Source: a virus
Lineage: Duplodnaviria > Caudoviricetes
DNA length: 35,389 nt
IMG/VR virus record: IMGVR_UViG_3300033067_000489
Location: 1-35,389 of that record
Reading direction: 5' to 3' (one strand)
Shown here one piece after another: positions 8,296-16,774 of the stretch; within the stretch, counting starts at the first letter, position 1; every line of letters begins with the position of its first letter. Under the pieces are notes generated by a model that saw only the letters and a program-made list of their open reading frames with translations, made no database searches and was not told where the DNA came from. Both the position numbers and the translations under genes were made by a program.

Positions 8296-8522
8296 ATATG
8301 ACAGATGCTGTTCTGGGTGTTGTCCCTGTCGGCGAGGCCCATGCATTAGGCCATCGTGACATTTGGCGGCTGTGCCGCATTGGGTCATCGATCAGCGTAA
8401 GGCATATTCTGCGGGCGCAGGCCGAGAAGTCCGTAATTCGGAGCAAGTTGATCGACGCGCCGTGGACCCATGGGCAAGCGCGGGTCTACTGGCGGGATGA
8501 AGCAACGGGAGGTGCCCGGTGA
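8292..8522 (+). CDS. Hypothetical protein
   Basis: ATGA/GTGA coupling on both sides. Confidence 0.5.
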   Translation: MNMTDAVLGVVPVGEAHALGHRDIWRLCRIGSSISVRHILRAQAEKSVIRSKLIDAPWTHGQARVYWRDEATGGAR

Positions 8523-8725
8523 TGAAAGGTTTCAACTACGCGCTTGTTGCTAAAGAAGTTACGAGGTTCGGCTCCAGGTGCAAAGAGACAGGATCGTTGA
8601 TGTATCCTGGGGACCATGTTCTGACATGGGTCAAAACGCCGTTCATGCCGTGGGTTCTGATTGGTATCCATCAGGAGGATGAACCAACATCCTCGCAGAC
8701 CGTTACTCCCGACATGAACCCATAA
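8519..8725 (+). CDS. Hypothetical protein
   Basis: Strong GGAGGT RBS; coupled start. Confidence 0.55.
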   Translation: MMKGFNYALVAKEVTRFGSRCKETGSLMYPGDHVLTWVKTPFMPWVLIGIHQEDEPTSSQTVTPDMNP

Positions 8726-8737
8726 GGAGGATTGAGC

Positions 8738-9025
8738 ATGGCGAACGATATTCTTGACGATCTGCGCGACTGGCAGAACCGCTCTGGCGGCGACGTTGGC
8801 GAGTTGATGGGGCGCGCGGCGGATGAGATTGAGGCCCTGCGGTTGACGGCCGGGAAGGCCCGGCAGGACAAGGGCGACGATTTCCGCAGCCTCAAGGATC
8901 AGATGTCGCCTTCGCCCAAGGCGGACCACGAGAACGACATCCTGACAGGAGAAGCGGCCGAAACTTCTCCGGCCAAGCCCGAGAAGAAAACCCACAAATC
9001 GAAACAGCGAGCACAACAGGAGTGA
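8738..9025 (+). CDS. Hypothetical protein
   Basis: TAAGGAGG RBS; DILDDLR...RAADEIEALR phage motif. Confidence 0.65.
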   Translation: MANDILDDLRDWQNRSGGDVGELMGRAADEIEALRLTAGKARQDKGDDFRSLKDQMSPSPKADHENDILTGEAAETSPAKPEKKTHKSKQRAQQE

Positions 9026-9297
9026 GCATGGTCAACGGGGGTGATGCCGAAACCATTCGGGTTTTGGAGGAGGCATTGAAGGCGGCCAAGGAGGGCGTGA
9101 TTACCTCGGTGGCCGTCTTGTCGGCGAATTCGAGCGGGTTTTTTGTCGCGGTTGGTGGCTCTCAGGTGGTTGACCTGAATTTGGCAGCCGACGTGCTCAA
9201 GGCCCGGATTGTGGAGGTGTACCTTGATCCCGCGAAGGCTTCTGGTGCGCCGAAAGCGAAATCTGCTATTCTGCGGCCGCATCAGGGTCGCGGGTAA
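9022..9297 (+). CDS. Hypothetical protein
   Basis: AGGAG RBS; LEEALKAAKEGVITSVAV pattern. Confidence 0.65.
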   Translation: MSMVNGGDAETIRVLEEALKAAKEGVITSVAVLSANSSGFFVAVGGSQVVDLNLAADVLKARIVEVYLDPAKASGAPKAKSAILRPHQGRG

Positions 9298-9456
9298 TAC
9301 GAGGGGAGGTCGCTTCCGGCAGCCGGCGAGGCAACGGGCCAACGTAGCGGGATGGTCGTCATCTGCCATCGCGTAGGCGAGACAAGGCTGGTTTCTGGCC
9401 CCTCGGCTCAGATCATCCAGTGAAAACCAGCAAGCCTCACGAATTACAAATCCCGC

Positions 9457-9546
9457 CGGCAGACCGGGTTATGTCTGCTGCCCTCCTTGTGGGCGTTTCC
9501 TCCCTAGACTAGCCCGAGCATCCTTAGGGGTTGCTCGGGCTTTTTT
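9457..9546 (+). ncRNA. SuhB/MmgR (alpha-r8)-like small RNA; 5' end uncertain
   Basis: GCCC-TCCTTGT-GGGC hairpin, then GTTTCCTCCCTAGACT containing the family decamer TTTCCTCCCT (9496-9505), then an intrinsic terminator. Recognised from memory of the family, not by covariance search. Confidence 0.7.
9511..9546 (+). terminator. Intrinsic terminator
   Basis: AGCCCGAGCA...TGCTCGGGCT 10-bp stem followed by a T run. Confidence 0.85.
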
Positions 9547-9607
9547 CGCAAGTTAGGGGAAACCGTGTTATTCATGCGCGACCTATTGAAACTTGGGGGA
9601 TGGCGGC

Positions 9608-11893
9608 ATGGGTGAGCCCGAAATTCAGGTTGTCATTGACGATGAGCCGGGCGCGGTCGAGCATGACCCGATCACGGATACCATCACGACAGCCATCCCG
9701 GACGGCGGGGTCGTTATCCAACTGAATGCGGGGCTCGGTGCTGCCACGCCTGAAAAGGCTGATTTTTACGAAAACCTGGCGCTGCGGATTGATCCTCTGC
9801 AACTGAACGTCATCGCCAATGACCTGCTGGATGCCATCCAGACGGACGATCAGTCTAGGCAGGAGTGGCTCAACAACACCACGATGGGCATGCGATTGCT
9901 GGGTCTGGAAGTCGAGCAATCGACTGGATCGGACGTGGGTGCGTCGTCGGCTCCGGTGGAGGGCATGTCCACCGTAAAATCGCCGTTGCTGCTGGAAGCC
10001 TGTTTGCGGGGCTGGGCGAACTCGGTGGGAGAGCTTCTGCCGGCGGCCGGGCCAGTCAAGATCGAGGACGAAAAACCCGTCAGTGCCGTTCCGGCTGGTA
10101 TGGTTGGGCATAACGGCGGGCCATCTCTGGATCATGCCGAAGCGGCAAAGAGGTCAGAGGAACGTGACGCCCTAGCCGACGCTCTGAAATCGGACATGAA
10201 CCGATACCTGACGACGATCGCCACGGAATACTATCCCGACACGTCGTCGATGCTGCTGTGGGGTGTCCACTTCTCCGGATCGGGCATCAAGAAGCTGTAT
10301 CGGTGTCCGATGCGTCGGCGCCCGGTGAGTGAGTCGGTGCCGTTGCAGGACTTCATCGTATCGAACGCGACCAAGGACTTGCGGTCGTGCGGGCGCATAA
10401 CCCACGCGATCAAGATGCGGCCGTCCGTCATGAAACGGATGATGCATCTGGGGGCATACCGGGACGTTCCACTGACGCAGCCGGCGCAGGACAATAACGT
10501 CGTCGATCAGCAGATTGCCGAGATACAGGGCATTCTCCCGGCCAATACGCGGCCTGAGGACCAGCCGTTCAATTTGTACGAGACGCAATGCGAATTGGAT
10601 TTGGACGAGTTCGCCCCGGCGGATTTTCAGGGGTCCGGCATCCCGCTCCCGTATCTGGTGACGATCGACAAGGACAGTCGGCAGATTTTGTCTCTGCGGC
10701 GTGACTGGTACGAAGATGACCCGCAGGCCGAGCGCAAGCGGATGTATGTGAAATACACCTACGTTCCGGGTCCGGGATTCTACGGGACTGGGCTGCTGGG
10801 CATTCTTGGCAATTCGAGTGCCGCCATGACGGCGGCGTGGCGTGAGGCTCTGGATGCTGGCGCGTTCGCGTCGTTTCCGGGGTTCATGTACGCAAAAATG
10901 GCAGGGCGCCAACTGACGAACGAATTCAGGGTGGGGCCAGGACAGGGCATTGGCGTCGAATTGCCCGCGAACGTTAAGATCAGCGACGCTATCATGGCGC
11001 TCCCGTACAAGGACGCCACGCCGGGCCTGATGAAGATGATAGAGACGATCACTGCGGCGGCGCAGCGGCTTGGCAGCACGGCTGAATTGCCGACGGGCGA
11101 GGGCCGGGCGGATATCCCGGTCGGGACCATGATCGCGATGATCGAGCAGGCCACAAAGGTCATGGCCGCGACGCACAAAGGGCTCCACACGTCGCAGTCG
11201 GAGGAATTCCAAGTCCTGTTGCAGTTGTTCCGCGAAAATCCGGAGGATTTCTGGCGGTTTAACCGCAAGTGCGCGACGCAGTGGGATGAGCAGAAGTTCC
11301 TGAAGGCGCTGGAAGACTGCTACCTCGTGCCGGTGTCGGACCCGAATATCCCCTCTCACATGCACCGGGTGGCGAAGAACGTCGCGCTGGGTCAACTGGC
11401 GGATTCGCCCAGCTTCGGCCCGATGCTGGACAAGCGAGAGATTTTGGAGCGAATGCTGCGGGACGGCCTGCAACTCAATCCTGAAGGGCTGATGCTGCCG
11501 CCACAGCCGGCCCAGCCGTCGCCAGAGGCTACCGCCAAGCTGGCGGAAACGCAGGCGAAGGTGAAAAAGGCCGACGCGGATATGATTAAGGCCGTGACGA
11601 CGGCTCAGAATGCCGAAGCCGATCGGGTTGTGAAGGAAAAGGAAATCATGGGGCGCGTTGCGGTGTCCCAGAACCAAGAGGATCGGGCGGCCATCATCCA
11701 CGCGGATGATAATCGGCGACAGAACGTTCAAGCGCAGGCGGATATCATCGACAAGCGGGGCAAGTTGGGGCTCGGTCTGGCGCGTGTTGACTTGGAGCAA
11801 CGCAAGCTGGCCAGTCAGGAACGGCAGGCGGGACAAAAGGCGCGGATTGAGTTACACAAGGCGACGATGCCGAAAACACCGAAGGGGAGCTAG
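9608..11893 (+). CDS. Portal protein
   Basis: Large gene after terL; SRQEW...GMRLLG, PLLLEAC...ELLPAAGPVK, YVPGPGFYGTGL, PVGTMIAMIEQ, PVSDPNIPS motifs of podovirus-type portals; coiled C-terminus. GGGGGA RBS before ATG 9608. Confidence 0.85.
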   Translation: MGEPEIQVVIDDEPGAVEHDPITDTITTAIPDGGVVIQLNAGLGAATPEKADFYENLALRIDPLQLNVIANDLLDAIQTDDQSRQEWLNNTTMGMRLLGLEVEQSTGSDVGASSAPVEGMSTVKSPLLLEACLRGWANSVGELLPAAGPVKIEDEKPVSAVPAGMVGHNGGPSLDHAEAAKRSEERDALADALKSDMNRYLTTIATEYYPDTSSMLLWGVHFSGSGIKKLYRCPMRRRPVSESVPLQDFIVSNATKDLRSCGRITHAIKMRPSVMKRMMHLGAYRDVPLTQPAQDNNVVDQQIAEIQGILPANTRPEDQPFNLYETQCELDLDEFAPADFQGSGIPLPYLVTIDKDSRQILSLRRDWYEDDPQAERKRMYVKYTYVPGPGFYGTGLLGILGNSSAAMTAAWREALDAGAFASFPGFMYAKMAGRQLTNEFRVGPGQGIGVELPANVKISDAIMALPYKDATPGLMKMIETITAAAQRLGSTAELPTGEGRADIPVGTMIAMIEQATKVMAATHKGLHTSQSEEFQVLLQLFRENPEDFWRFNRKCATQWDEQKFLKALEDCYLVPVSDPNIPSHMHRVAKNVALGQLADSPSFGPMLDKREILERMLRDGLQLNPEGLMLPPQPAQPSPEATAKLAETQAKVKKADADMIKAVTTAQNAEADRVVKEKEIMGRVAVSQNQEDRAAIIHADDNRRQNVQAQADIIDKRGKLGLGLARVDLEQRKLASQERQAGQKARIELHKATMPKTPKGS

Positions 11894-11897
11894 GTCA

Positions 11898-12794
11898 ATG
11901 GCGCATCCGTATGCGGACCACCGTCAGTCGAAGGTGGAGAAAAGTCGAGTTGCGAAGATCGCGAAGGGCTATGCGACCGGCGGCGCGGTGGATGCGCAGG
12001 CAGGCCAGCAGGCGATGATGAAGGGAGCGAAGCCGAAGGGGGCGAAGCTCGGAGCCATCATCGGCGGGAAGGCCAAGGCTCGGATGGACAAGCGGGCGCG
12101 TGGCGGCCGGGTGAAGGGCAAAGGCACGAACGTCAACATCGTGATCGCACAGCCAAACCCGCAACAGCAGGGCATGGACAAGCCGGTGCCTGTGCCCGTT
12201 CCGGTGCCTGCGGGCGGTCCTCCTCCGGGTGCGCCGCCGATGCCGCCTCCGGGCGCTATGGCTGGTGGACCGGGAGTGCCGCCGGGCATGCCTCCCGGCA
12301 TGCCGCCGATCCCGCGCAAGCGCGGCGGGCGCGTGGCGCGTGCAAATGGGGGCAAAATTCAGCCGATCACCATCAATGTAAGGGACAGATTGGAGCGGGC
12401 TATCCGCAATGCGGGTAGCGACGAAGAGAGCGCACGAATTCAAAATGTCATGACCAAGCGATACGGCATCGGACGGAAGTCGGGTGGCCGCGTCGCGGAC
12501 GTAACGGGCAAGGTGAACGGCCTCAAGCAGTCGGCTCCGAAGAACGTTTCGCCGGAATCGCCGGGCAAGAAGTCGGTTGGTCCGGGCTGGAAATCGAGCA
12601 TGGAGGCGAAAACGAAGGTCGCAGGCATGCCGGGCAAGCAGCCTGATCCGCCGCGGGGCAATCCGGTTACGTTTGCGACCGGCGGTGCCGCACCGGGCGT
12701 TGTCGGCAAGATGCGCGGTGGTCCCAAGATGAAATACGGTGCCGAGAGCGGCATGGGCCGTCTTGAGCGGGCATCGAAGCAGAAGCGGGCGTAA
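11898..12794 (+). CDS. Basic Pro/Gly-rich low-complexity protein with repeated xxGGxV motifs
   Basis: AAGGGGAG RBS before ATG 11898; YATGGAV, RARGGRV, RKRGGRV, RANGGKI, RKSGGRV, FATGGAA; PPGM tract. Confidence 0.7.
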   Translation: MAHPYADHRQSKVEKSRVAKIAKGYATGGAVDAQAGQQAMMKGAKPKGAKLGAIIGGKAKARMDKRARGGRVKGKGTNVNIVIAQPNPQQQGMDKPVPVPVPVPAGGPPPGAPPMPPPGAMAGGPGVPPGMPPGMPPIPRKRGGRVARANGGKIQPITINVRDRLERAIRNAGSDEESARIQNVMTKRYGIGRKSGGRVADVTGKVNGLKQSAPKNVSPESPGKKSVGPGWKSSMEAKTKVAGMPGKQPDPPRGNPVTFATGGAAPGVVGKMRGGPKMKYGAESGMGRLERASKQKRA

Positions 12795-12800
12795 GTCGGC

Positions 12801-12998
12801 ATGGCGATGATCCAGTCGCGTTTTGTGCGTCTTGAGTTTGTTGCGCTAGAGGCGCGGCTGGAAGAGGCTCGAAGGGGTGTATTCGAATCCATGGCCACTG
12901 TTCTGGAGCCGAAACTGTACCATATCGAGTGCGGTAAATTGCAGATGATCGATGAAGTCCTGCGCTTGTGTCAGGACATCGAAAAGAAGGGTGATTGA
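12801..12998 (+). CDS. Hypothetical protein
   Basis: Small helical ORF between the portal region and GroES; TGATG coupling. Confidence 0.6.
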   Translation: MAMIQSRFVRLEFVALEARLEEARRGVFESMATVLEPKLYHIECGKLQMIDEVLRLCQDIEKKGD

Positions 12999-13414
12999 TG
13001 GGAACGCGCAGTAACTACATGCGTCAAATTCAGGCCGTTTCGATGGCCGATGACCCGAAGGCGGAATTGATCGCTCGGGTGAAGAAACTCCCAAAAGATG
13101 AACTGTTTCATGCGAAGGTGCTGGTCGCCACGTTCATCCCGTCCGAAAAGACGGCGGGCGGCATCATCCTTCCCGATCGATCAAAGCAGGAATCCCGGTT
13201 TCAGGAAAAGACCGGCCTTGTTATTGGTGTCGGCCCCGGCGCGTTTCAGGATGGTCCCGGCGCACAATTCTACGGCAAGCAAATCAAGGTCGGTGACTGG
13301 GTGCTGTTCCGCGCCAGTGACGGCTACGAATTCTTCATCGACGAAGTGCCGTGCCGCATGTTCGAGGACGTGCAGATCATGATGAAAATTCAAAACCCCG
13401 AACTCTATTACTGA
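12998..13414 (+). CDS. GroES-like co-chaperonin
   Basis: Mobile loop EKTAGGIILPD; GLVIGVGPG; IKVGDWVLF. Confidence 0.85.
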   Translation: MGTRSNYMRQIQAVSMADDPKAELIARVKKLPKDELFHAKVLVATFIPSEKTAGGIILPDRSKQESRFQEKTGLVIGVGPGAFQDGPGAQFYGKQIKVGDWVLFRASDGYEFFIDEVPCRMFEDVQIMMKIQNPELYY

Positions 13415-13424
13415 GGTCTGAACC

Positions 13425-14372
13425 ATGGATCAGGAAATCGCAGTTACGGTTGACGCGGACCCGTCATTCACGTTGCCGCCGGATGTGGCGCAGGAGGATC
13501 CGGCGGATCTCATCCGCAAGCAGTTGGAGGATTCCAATGCCGCATTGGAGGCAGAGAAGCGCCAGCGTGCCAGTGCCGAGGCTGCCCGTGCGGAAGCGGA
13601 TCGTCGCGCTGCTGCGGCGGCTGCTGAGGCTGAGGCGGCTCGGTCTGAGGTAACTCAAACCCAGTCGGAGGCGATCGAGACGGGTCTGGCGGCGGCTGAG
13701 GCGGCGAAGGTGGCGGCCAAGGCGGCTTACAAGCAGGCTCTTGAGGCTGGCGACATGGACGCCGCCACGGATGCGACTGATCGGTTGTGGATTGCTAATG
13801 CCGAAATTCTGCGGCTGCGGGAGGGCAAAGCGGAAGTTGATGCGCGCAAGCATGAGCGTCCCGCGCCGGCTGCACCATCCGATCCGGTGGAAGCAATCGC
13901 TCGCACTCTGGCTCCGAAGGCGGCGGCGTGGGTGCGCAACCATCCAGAGTACATCACGAATAAGAGCAAAAACTACAAGCTCATGGCGGCCCACGAAGAT
14001 GCCATTAGCGACGGCATGGTCGAGGGTAGCGATGCCTATTTCGAGCATGTCGAGACGGCTCTGGGAATGCGGGGTGCTCCCGATGTTGTCAATCAACAGC
14101 AGCAGGCTCCCCGCCGATCTGCTGCGCCTCCTGTCGCCCCGGTGAACGGTGGTGGTGCGGCCCCGACGATCCACAACGGCCCGACTGAGGTCCGGTTGAC
14201 GCAGGCCGAAGCCCTCGCAGCTCAGGATGGGACGCATCAGTGGAACTACGATGACCCGACTGGCCAGAAGCGATGGCGCAAGGGCGATCCGATCGGCGTG
14301 AAGGAGTTTGCGCGGCGCAAGATGCTGATGAAGCAGCAGGGGCTGTACGATCGGTCGGCGCTCGAACAATGA
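13425..14372 (+). CDS. Putative capsid scaffolding protein
   Basis: Acidic N-terminus, long Ala/Glu coiled coil, YKQALEAGD, AAAWVRNH, GSDAYFEH, VRLTQAE; position between portal and capsid. Confidence 0.65.
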   Translation: MDQEIAVTVDADPSFTLPPDVAQEDPADLIRKQLEDSNAALEAEKRQRASAEAARAEADRRAAAAAAEAEAARSEVTQTQSEAIETGLAAAEAAKVAAKAAYKQALEAGDMDAATDATDRLWIANAEILRLREGKAEVDARKHERPAPAAPSDPVEAIARTLAPKAAAWVRNHPEYITNKSKNYKLMAAHEDAISDGMVEGSDAYFEHVETALGMRGAPDVVNQQQQAPRRSAAPPVAPVNGGGAAPTIHNGPTEVRLTQAEALAAQDGTHQWNYDDPTGQKRWRKGDPIGVKEFARRKMLMKQQGLYDRSALEQ

Positions 14373-14749
14373 GCGTCCTCGCCATAGATTTTCCCGTGCC
14401 CGCTGGCATGTCCTATCAGTGGTGTACGGGGGATTTGATCGTGGCCGAGACGGGGTGGGTCCCGGTCCCGCGCCTGCGTCATGCGGATCTGCTGGACGGG
14501 AAAGACGGGATTATCGTTGCCGGTGGCCTGACGTTGTGCGAGCGTCCGGCGTCGGCCACAGCAACGGCTCTAGAACTCAATAGGAAGGCCGTGGACAAGC
14601 AGGAGCATGACTGGTGGGATACTGCGGCGGGACTGTTTGGGGACCGCCAGCGCGGCTTTGTGGCTGCCGTGATCGTGACCTATGGCGATGGTGCGTTGAA
14701 TGCACCTGATGACAGCAATGCAATCACAGACGAGAGGAAAGCATCATGA
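14369..14749 (+). CDS. Hypothetical protein, short paralogue of the downstream gene
   Basis: ATGA coupling; VPAGMSYQW...GWVPVPRLRH...IIVAGGLTLCERP. Confidence 0.6.
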   Translation: MSVLAIDFPVPAGMSYQWCTGDLIVAETGWVPVPRLRHADLLDGKDGIIVAGGLTLCERPASATATALELNRKAVDKQEHDWWDTAAGLFGDRQRGFVAAVIVTYGDGALNAPDDSNAITDERKAS

Positions 14750-15450
14750 ACGTGGCGAATCCGACGACGCGGCGCGCTGGGCGCAAGAGCAATGCACAGA
14801 AGGCGGCGGAAGCCGCTGCGGCCAGTGCCGCCTTGGGTGAAGCTCCGGAGCCCGCACAGCCGGTTCGTGTGGGACCGCCCCCGACGAGGGCTGCGTCCCG
14901 TCAGTTCGTGCGCGAGCCCGCGCGTGAAGCTCACCGGGCCATGCGCGGCGGCGTGGTCGCACAGGACCGCGATGGCAACATCCTGACCCGATCTCGCCCC
15001 GGCGCGGATCGGGAGGACATCATGGAAATCCCGGCCCATGAAATCCCAGTCGGCTGGGAATACCAGTGGAACACGGTGTCGATCTACAACGAACCGATGA
15101 CCAGCGCGCAAAATACGATGTGGGCGAACGGCTGGCGTCCTGTGCCGTCAGAACGTCATCCGGGGCGCTTCATGCCGCTGGGTCACAAGGGCGACATCAT
15201 TCACGCTGGGGCGCGGCTTGAGGAACGCCCGCGGTCGCTGAGCGACGAGGCTCGGCAAGAGGACATGGCCAAGGCGCGGATGCAGCAGCGCGAACAGAAT
15301 GCCATGATGATGGCGAAGGGCCGGATGGGCGATCTCGCGCCTGGAATGTCGATGGACGGGGAGCGGTATCGAGGCGTCAACCCGAACGTCCGGACGTCGA
15401 TCGGTCCGGAAGGCGAAGCGCCGCGGGCTGCTTACGAGCGGGAGGAGTAA
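14746..15450 (+). CDS. Conserved head-module protein of unknown function
   Basis: GAGG RBS; IPVGWEYQW...NGWRPVPSERHP...IIHAGARLEERP, a type usually found between scaffold and capsid genes. Confidence 0.7.
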   Translation: MNVANPTTRRAGRKSNAQKAAEAAAASAALGEAPEPAQPVRVGPPPTRAASRQFVREPAREAHRAMRGGVVAQDRDGNILTRSRPGADREDIMEIPAHEIPVGWEYQWNTVSIYNEPMTSAQNTMWANGWRPVPSERHPGRFMPLGHKGDIIHAGARLEERPRSLSDEARQEDMAKARMQQREQNAMMMAKGRMGDLAPGMSMDGERYRGVNPNVRTSIGPEGEAPRAAYEREE

Positions 15451-15454
15451 TCCC

Positions 15455-15805
15455 ATGGCGGGGGATGCGCATATCAATCTGATTGCCAAGACATGCCACG
15501 AGGCCAATCGGGCCTATTGCGCGTCGATCGGCGATCACTCTCAGTTGCCGTGGTCGGATGCTCCTGAATGGCAACGTGAGAGTGCCCGCAGCGGCGTCCG
15601 TCACATCATGGCCAATCCCGATGCGCCTCCGAGTGCGTCACATGAGAACTGGCTGGCGGACAAGCTACGGGATGGGTGGAAATTCGGCCCGGTGAAGGAT
15701 GCGGACAAGAAAGAGCATCCGTGTTTTGTGCCGTATGATGATCTGCCGCAGGAACAGAAGTCGAAGGACTATATTTTCGGGGCGATTGTTCGCGCCCTGG
15801 CATGA
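15455..15805 (+). CDS. RyR domain-containing protein
   Basis: HENWLADKLRDGWKFGPVKDADKKEHPCFVPYDDLPQEQKSKD matches the RyR repeat consensus. Confidence 0.85.
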   Translation: MAGDAHINLIAKTCHEANRAYCASIGDHSQLPWSDAPEWQRESARSGVRHIMANPDAPPSASHENWLADKLRDGWKFGPVKDADKKEHPCFVPYDDLPQEQKSKDYIFGAIVRALA

Positions 15806-15837
15806 ATCGCCGTTGCGGACGGCAATGTCGGCGACTT

Positions 15838-15867
15838 GGCCCCGGTCACAAACCGGGGTCTTTTTTT
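15838..15867 (+). terminator. Intrinsic terminator at the convergence with the inverted cassette
   Basis: GGCCCCGGT-CACAA-ACCGGGGTC followed by T7. Confidence 0.8.
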
Positions 15868-15881
15868 GTCACCGGCAAGTA

Positions 15882-16034
15882 TCAGGGCCAGGTGCAGGCT
15901 GCCTCAGTGAAGAACCCAACAATCGCGGAAGAAACGATCATCACCATGATCATCACCATGGCTGTAAGCCATGGACTAGTTGGTCGGCTAATGTGTGGTT
16001 GTGTGAGTGTTTCTGGAGGATCGGGAAATATCAC
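15882..16034 (-). CDS. Small putative membrane protein (50 aa)
   Basis: GTGA coupling with the upstream gene and GGAAGAGGG RBS; one hydrophobic stretch WLTAMVMIMVMIVSSAIVGFF. Confidence 0.45.
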   Translation of the reverse strand: MIFPDPPETLTQPHISRPTSPWLTAMVMIMVMIVSSAIVGFFTEAACTWP

Positions 16035-16354
16035 GCCCCTTCCTCCAGTGCCTTGTCGATCATGGCTTCCCACATTTGATTGAGCGGGGATTTTTCGATG
16101 CAGTCGGCAGTAAACGCGAACCCGTGAATAAAGGCCAACGCAATGGCCGAATTGAGTTGCTTGCATCCGTTGGTCTGGATAGCCGCGTCTATCATCTCGT
16201 CGGTCGGCTCCCGCATGGCCTCAACCGCCGCGCGTGCGATGGCGCGGTGCCAGTCTTTGACCGTCTCAGGCTGTTCTGCCCATGGCGGCATGTGGCGTGC
16301 CCCCTTGCGGATGCGTTCGTAGATGGCCTCCGCGATCTTCTCGATCATGCTCAT
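16031..16354 (-). CDS. Hypothetical phage protein
   Basis: MIEKIAEAIY...ARAAVEAMREPTDEMIDAA...WEAMIDKAL, a recurrent alphaproteobacterial phage pattern. Confidence 0.7.
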   Translation of the reverse strand: MSMIEKIAEAIYERIRKGARHMPPWAEQPETVKDWHRAIARAAVEAMREPTDEMIDAAIQTNGCKQLNSAIALAFIHGFAFTADCIEKSPLNQMWEAMIDKALEEGA

Positions 16355-16375
16355 GGTTTTGGTGCCTTGAATGGG

Positions 16376-16774
16376 TTACTTCGGCGGTTCTTCGTCTTTG
16401 AAAATCTGTGCTCGGATGCTCCATGGGAGTGGAGGCAGGTCACACGCCCGACAGTTTTTCCATTCCTCAATAGAGGAATGAACGGTCCCGCAATTCCCGC
16501 GTACGGAGGCGCACACCAAAATATCAGCGTAGCTGATGGCGCCGTCGCCAGTTTGGCCATCATCATTTTTTGGATCGCCCGAATGGGTTTCGCGGATCGC
16601 CTCCCATTCCCCGCACCAGTAAGAGGGATATGTTGACGGCCAATTCGTCCATCCGTTTTCGCGTATGGGAGATCGCCGAAGACAATCCGCACTACTGTCT
16701 CCCACCTTTTCAGGTGCGACGGCGTATATTCTGCTGAGCCGCCAGAAGCGGCAGTTGGCGCAGGATTCGGTCAT
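16376..16774 (-). CDS. Cys-rich hypothetical phage protein
   Basis: CANCRFW...CLRRSP...WPST...WCGEW motif; ATGA coupling. Confidence 0.7.
   Translation of the reverse strand: MTESCANCRFWRLSRIYAVAPEKVGDSSADCLRRSPIRENGWTNWPSTYPSYWCGEWEAIRETHSGDPKNDDGQTGDGAISYADILVCASVRGNCGTVHSSIEEWKNCRACDLPPLPWSIRAQIFKDEEPPK

Noticed and set aside
9298-9456. tRNA or known ribozyme in the pre-portal gap
   Set aside because: No T-loop/cloverleaf and no recognisable ribozyme core; kept only as an unassigned structure.
10172-11836. 554-aa minus-strand ORF opposite the portal
   Set aside because: No recognisable motifs; typical in-register antisense shadow of a high-GC gene, unlike the intein case.
11658-11897. 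Track's N-terminal extension of the Pro-rich ORF
   Set aside because: Overlaps the portal gene; a good RBS precedes ATG 11898.
15936-15959. 12-bp tandem duplication reading DHHHDHHH on the + strand
   Set aside because: The + ORF overlaps the RyR gene and crosses a terminator; the minus-strand MVMIMVMI membrane peptide is the better reading.
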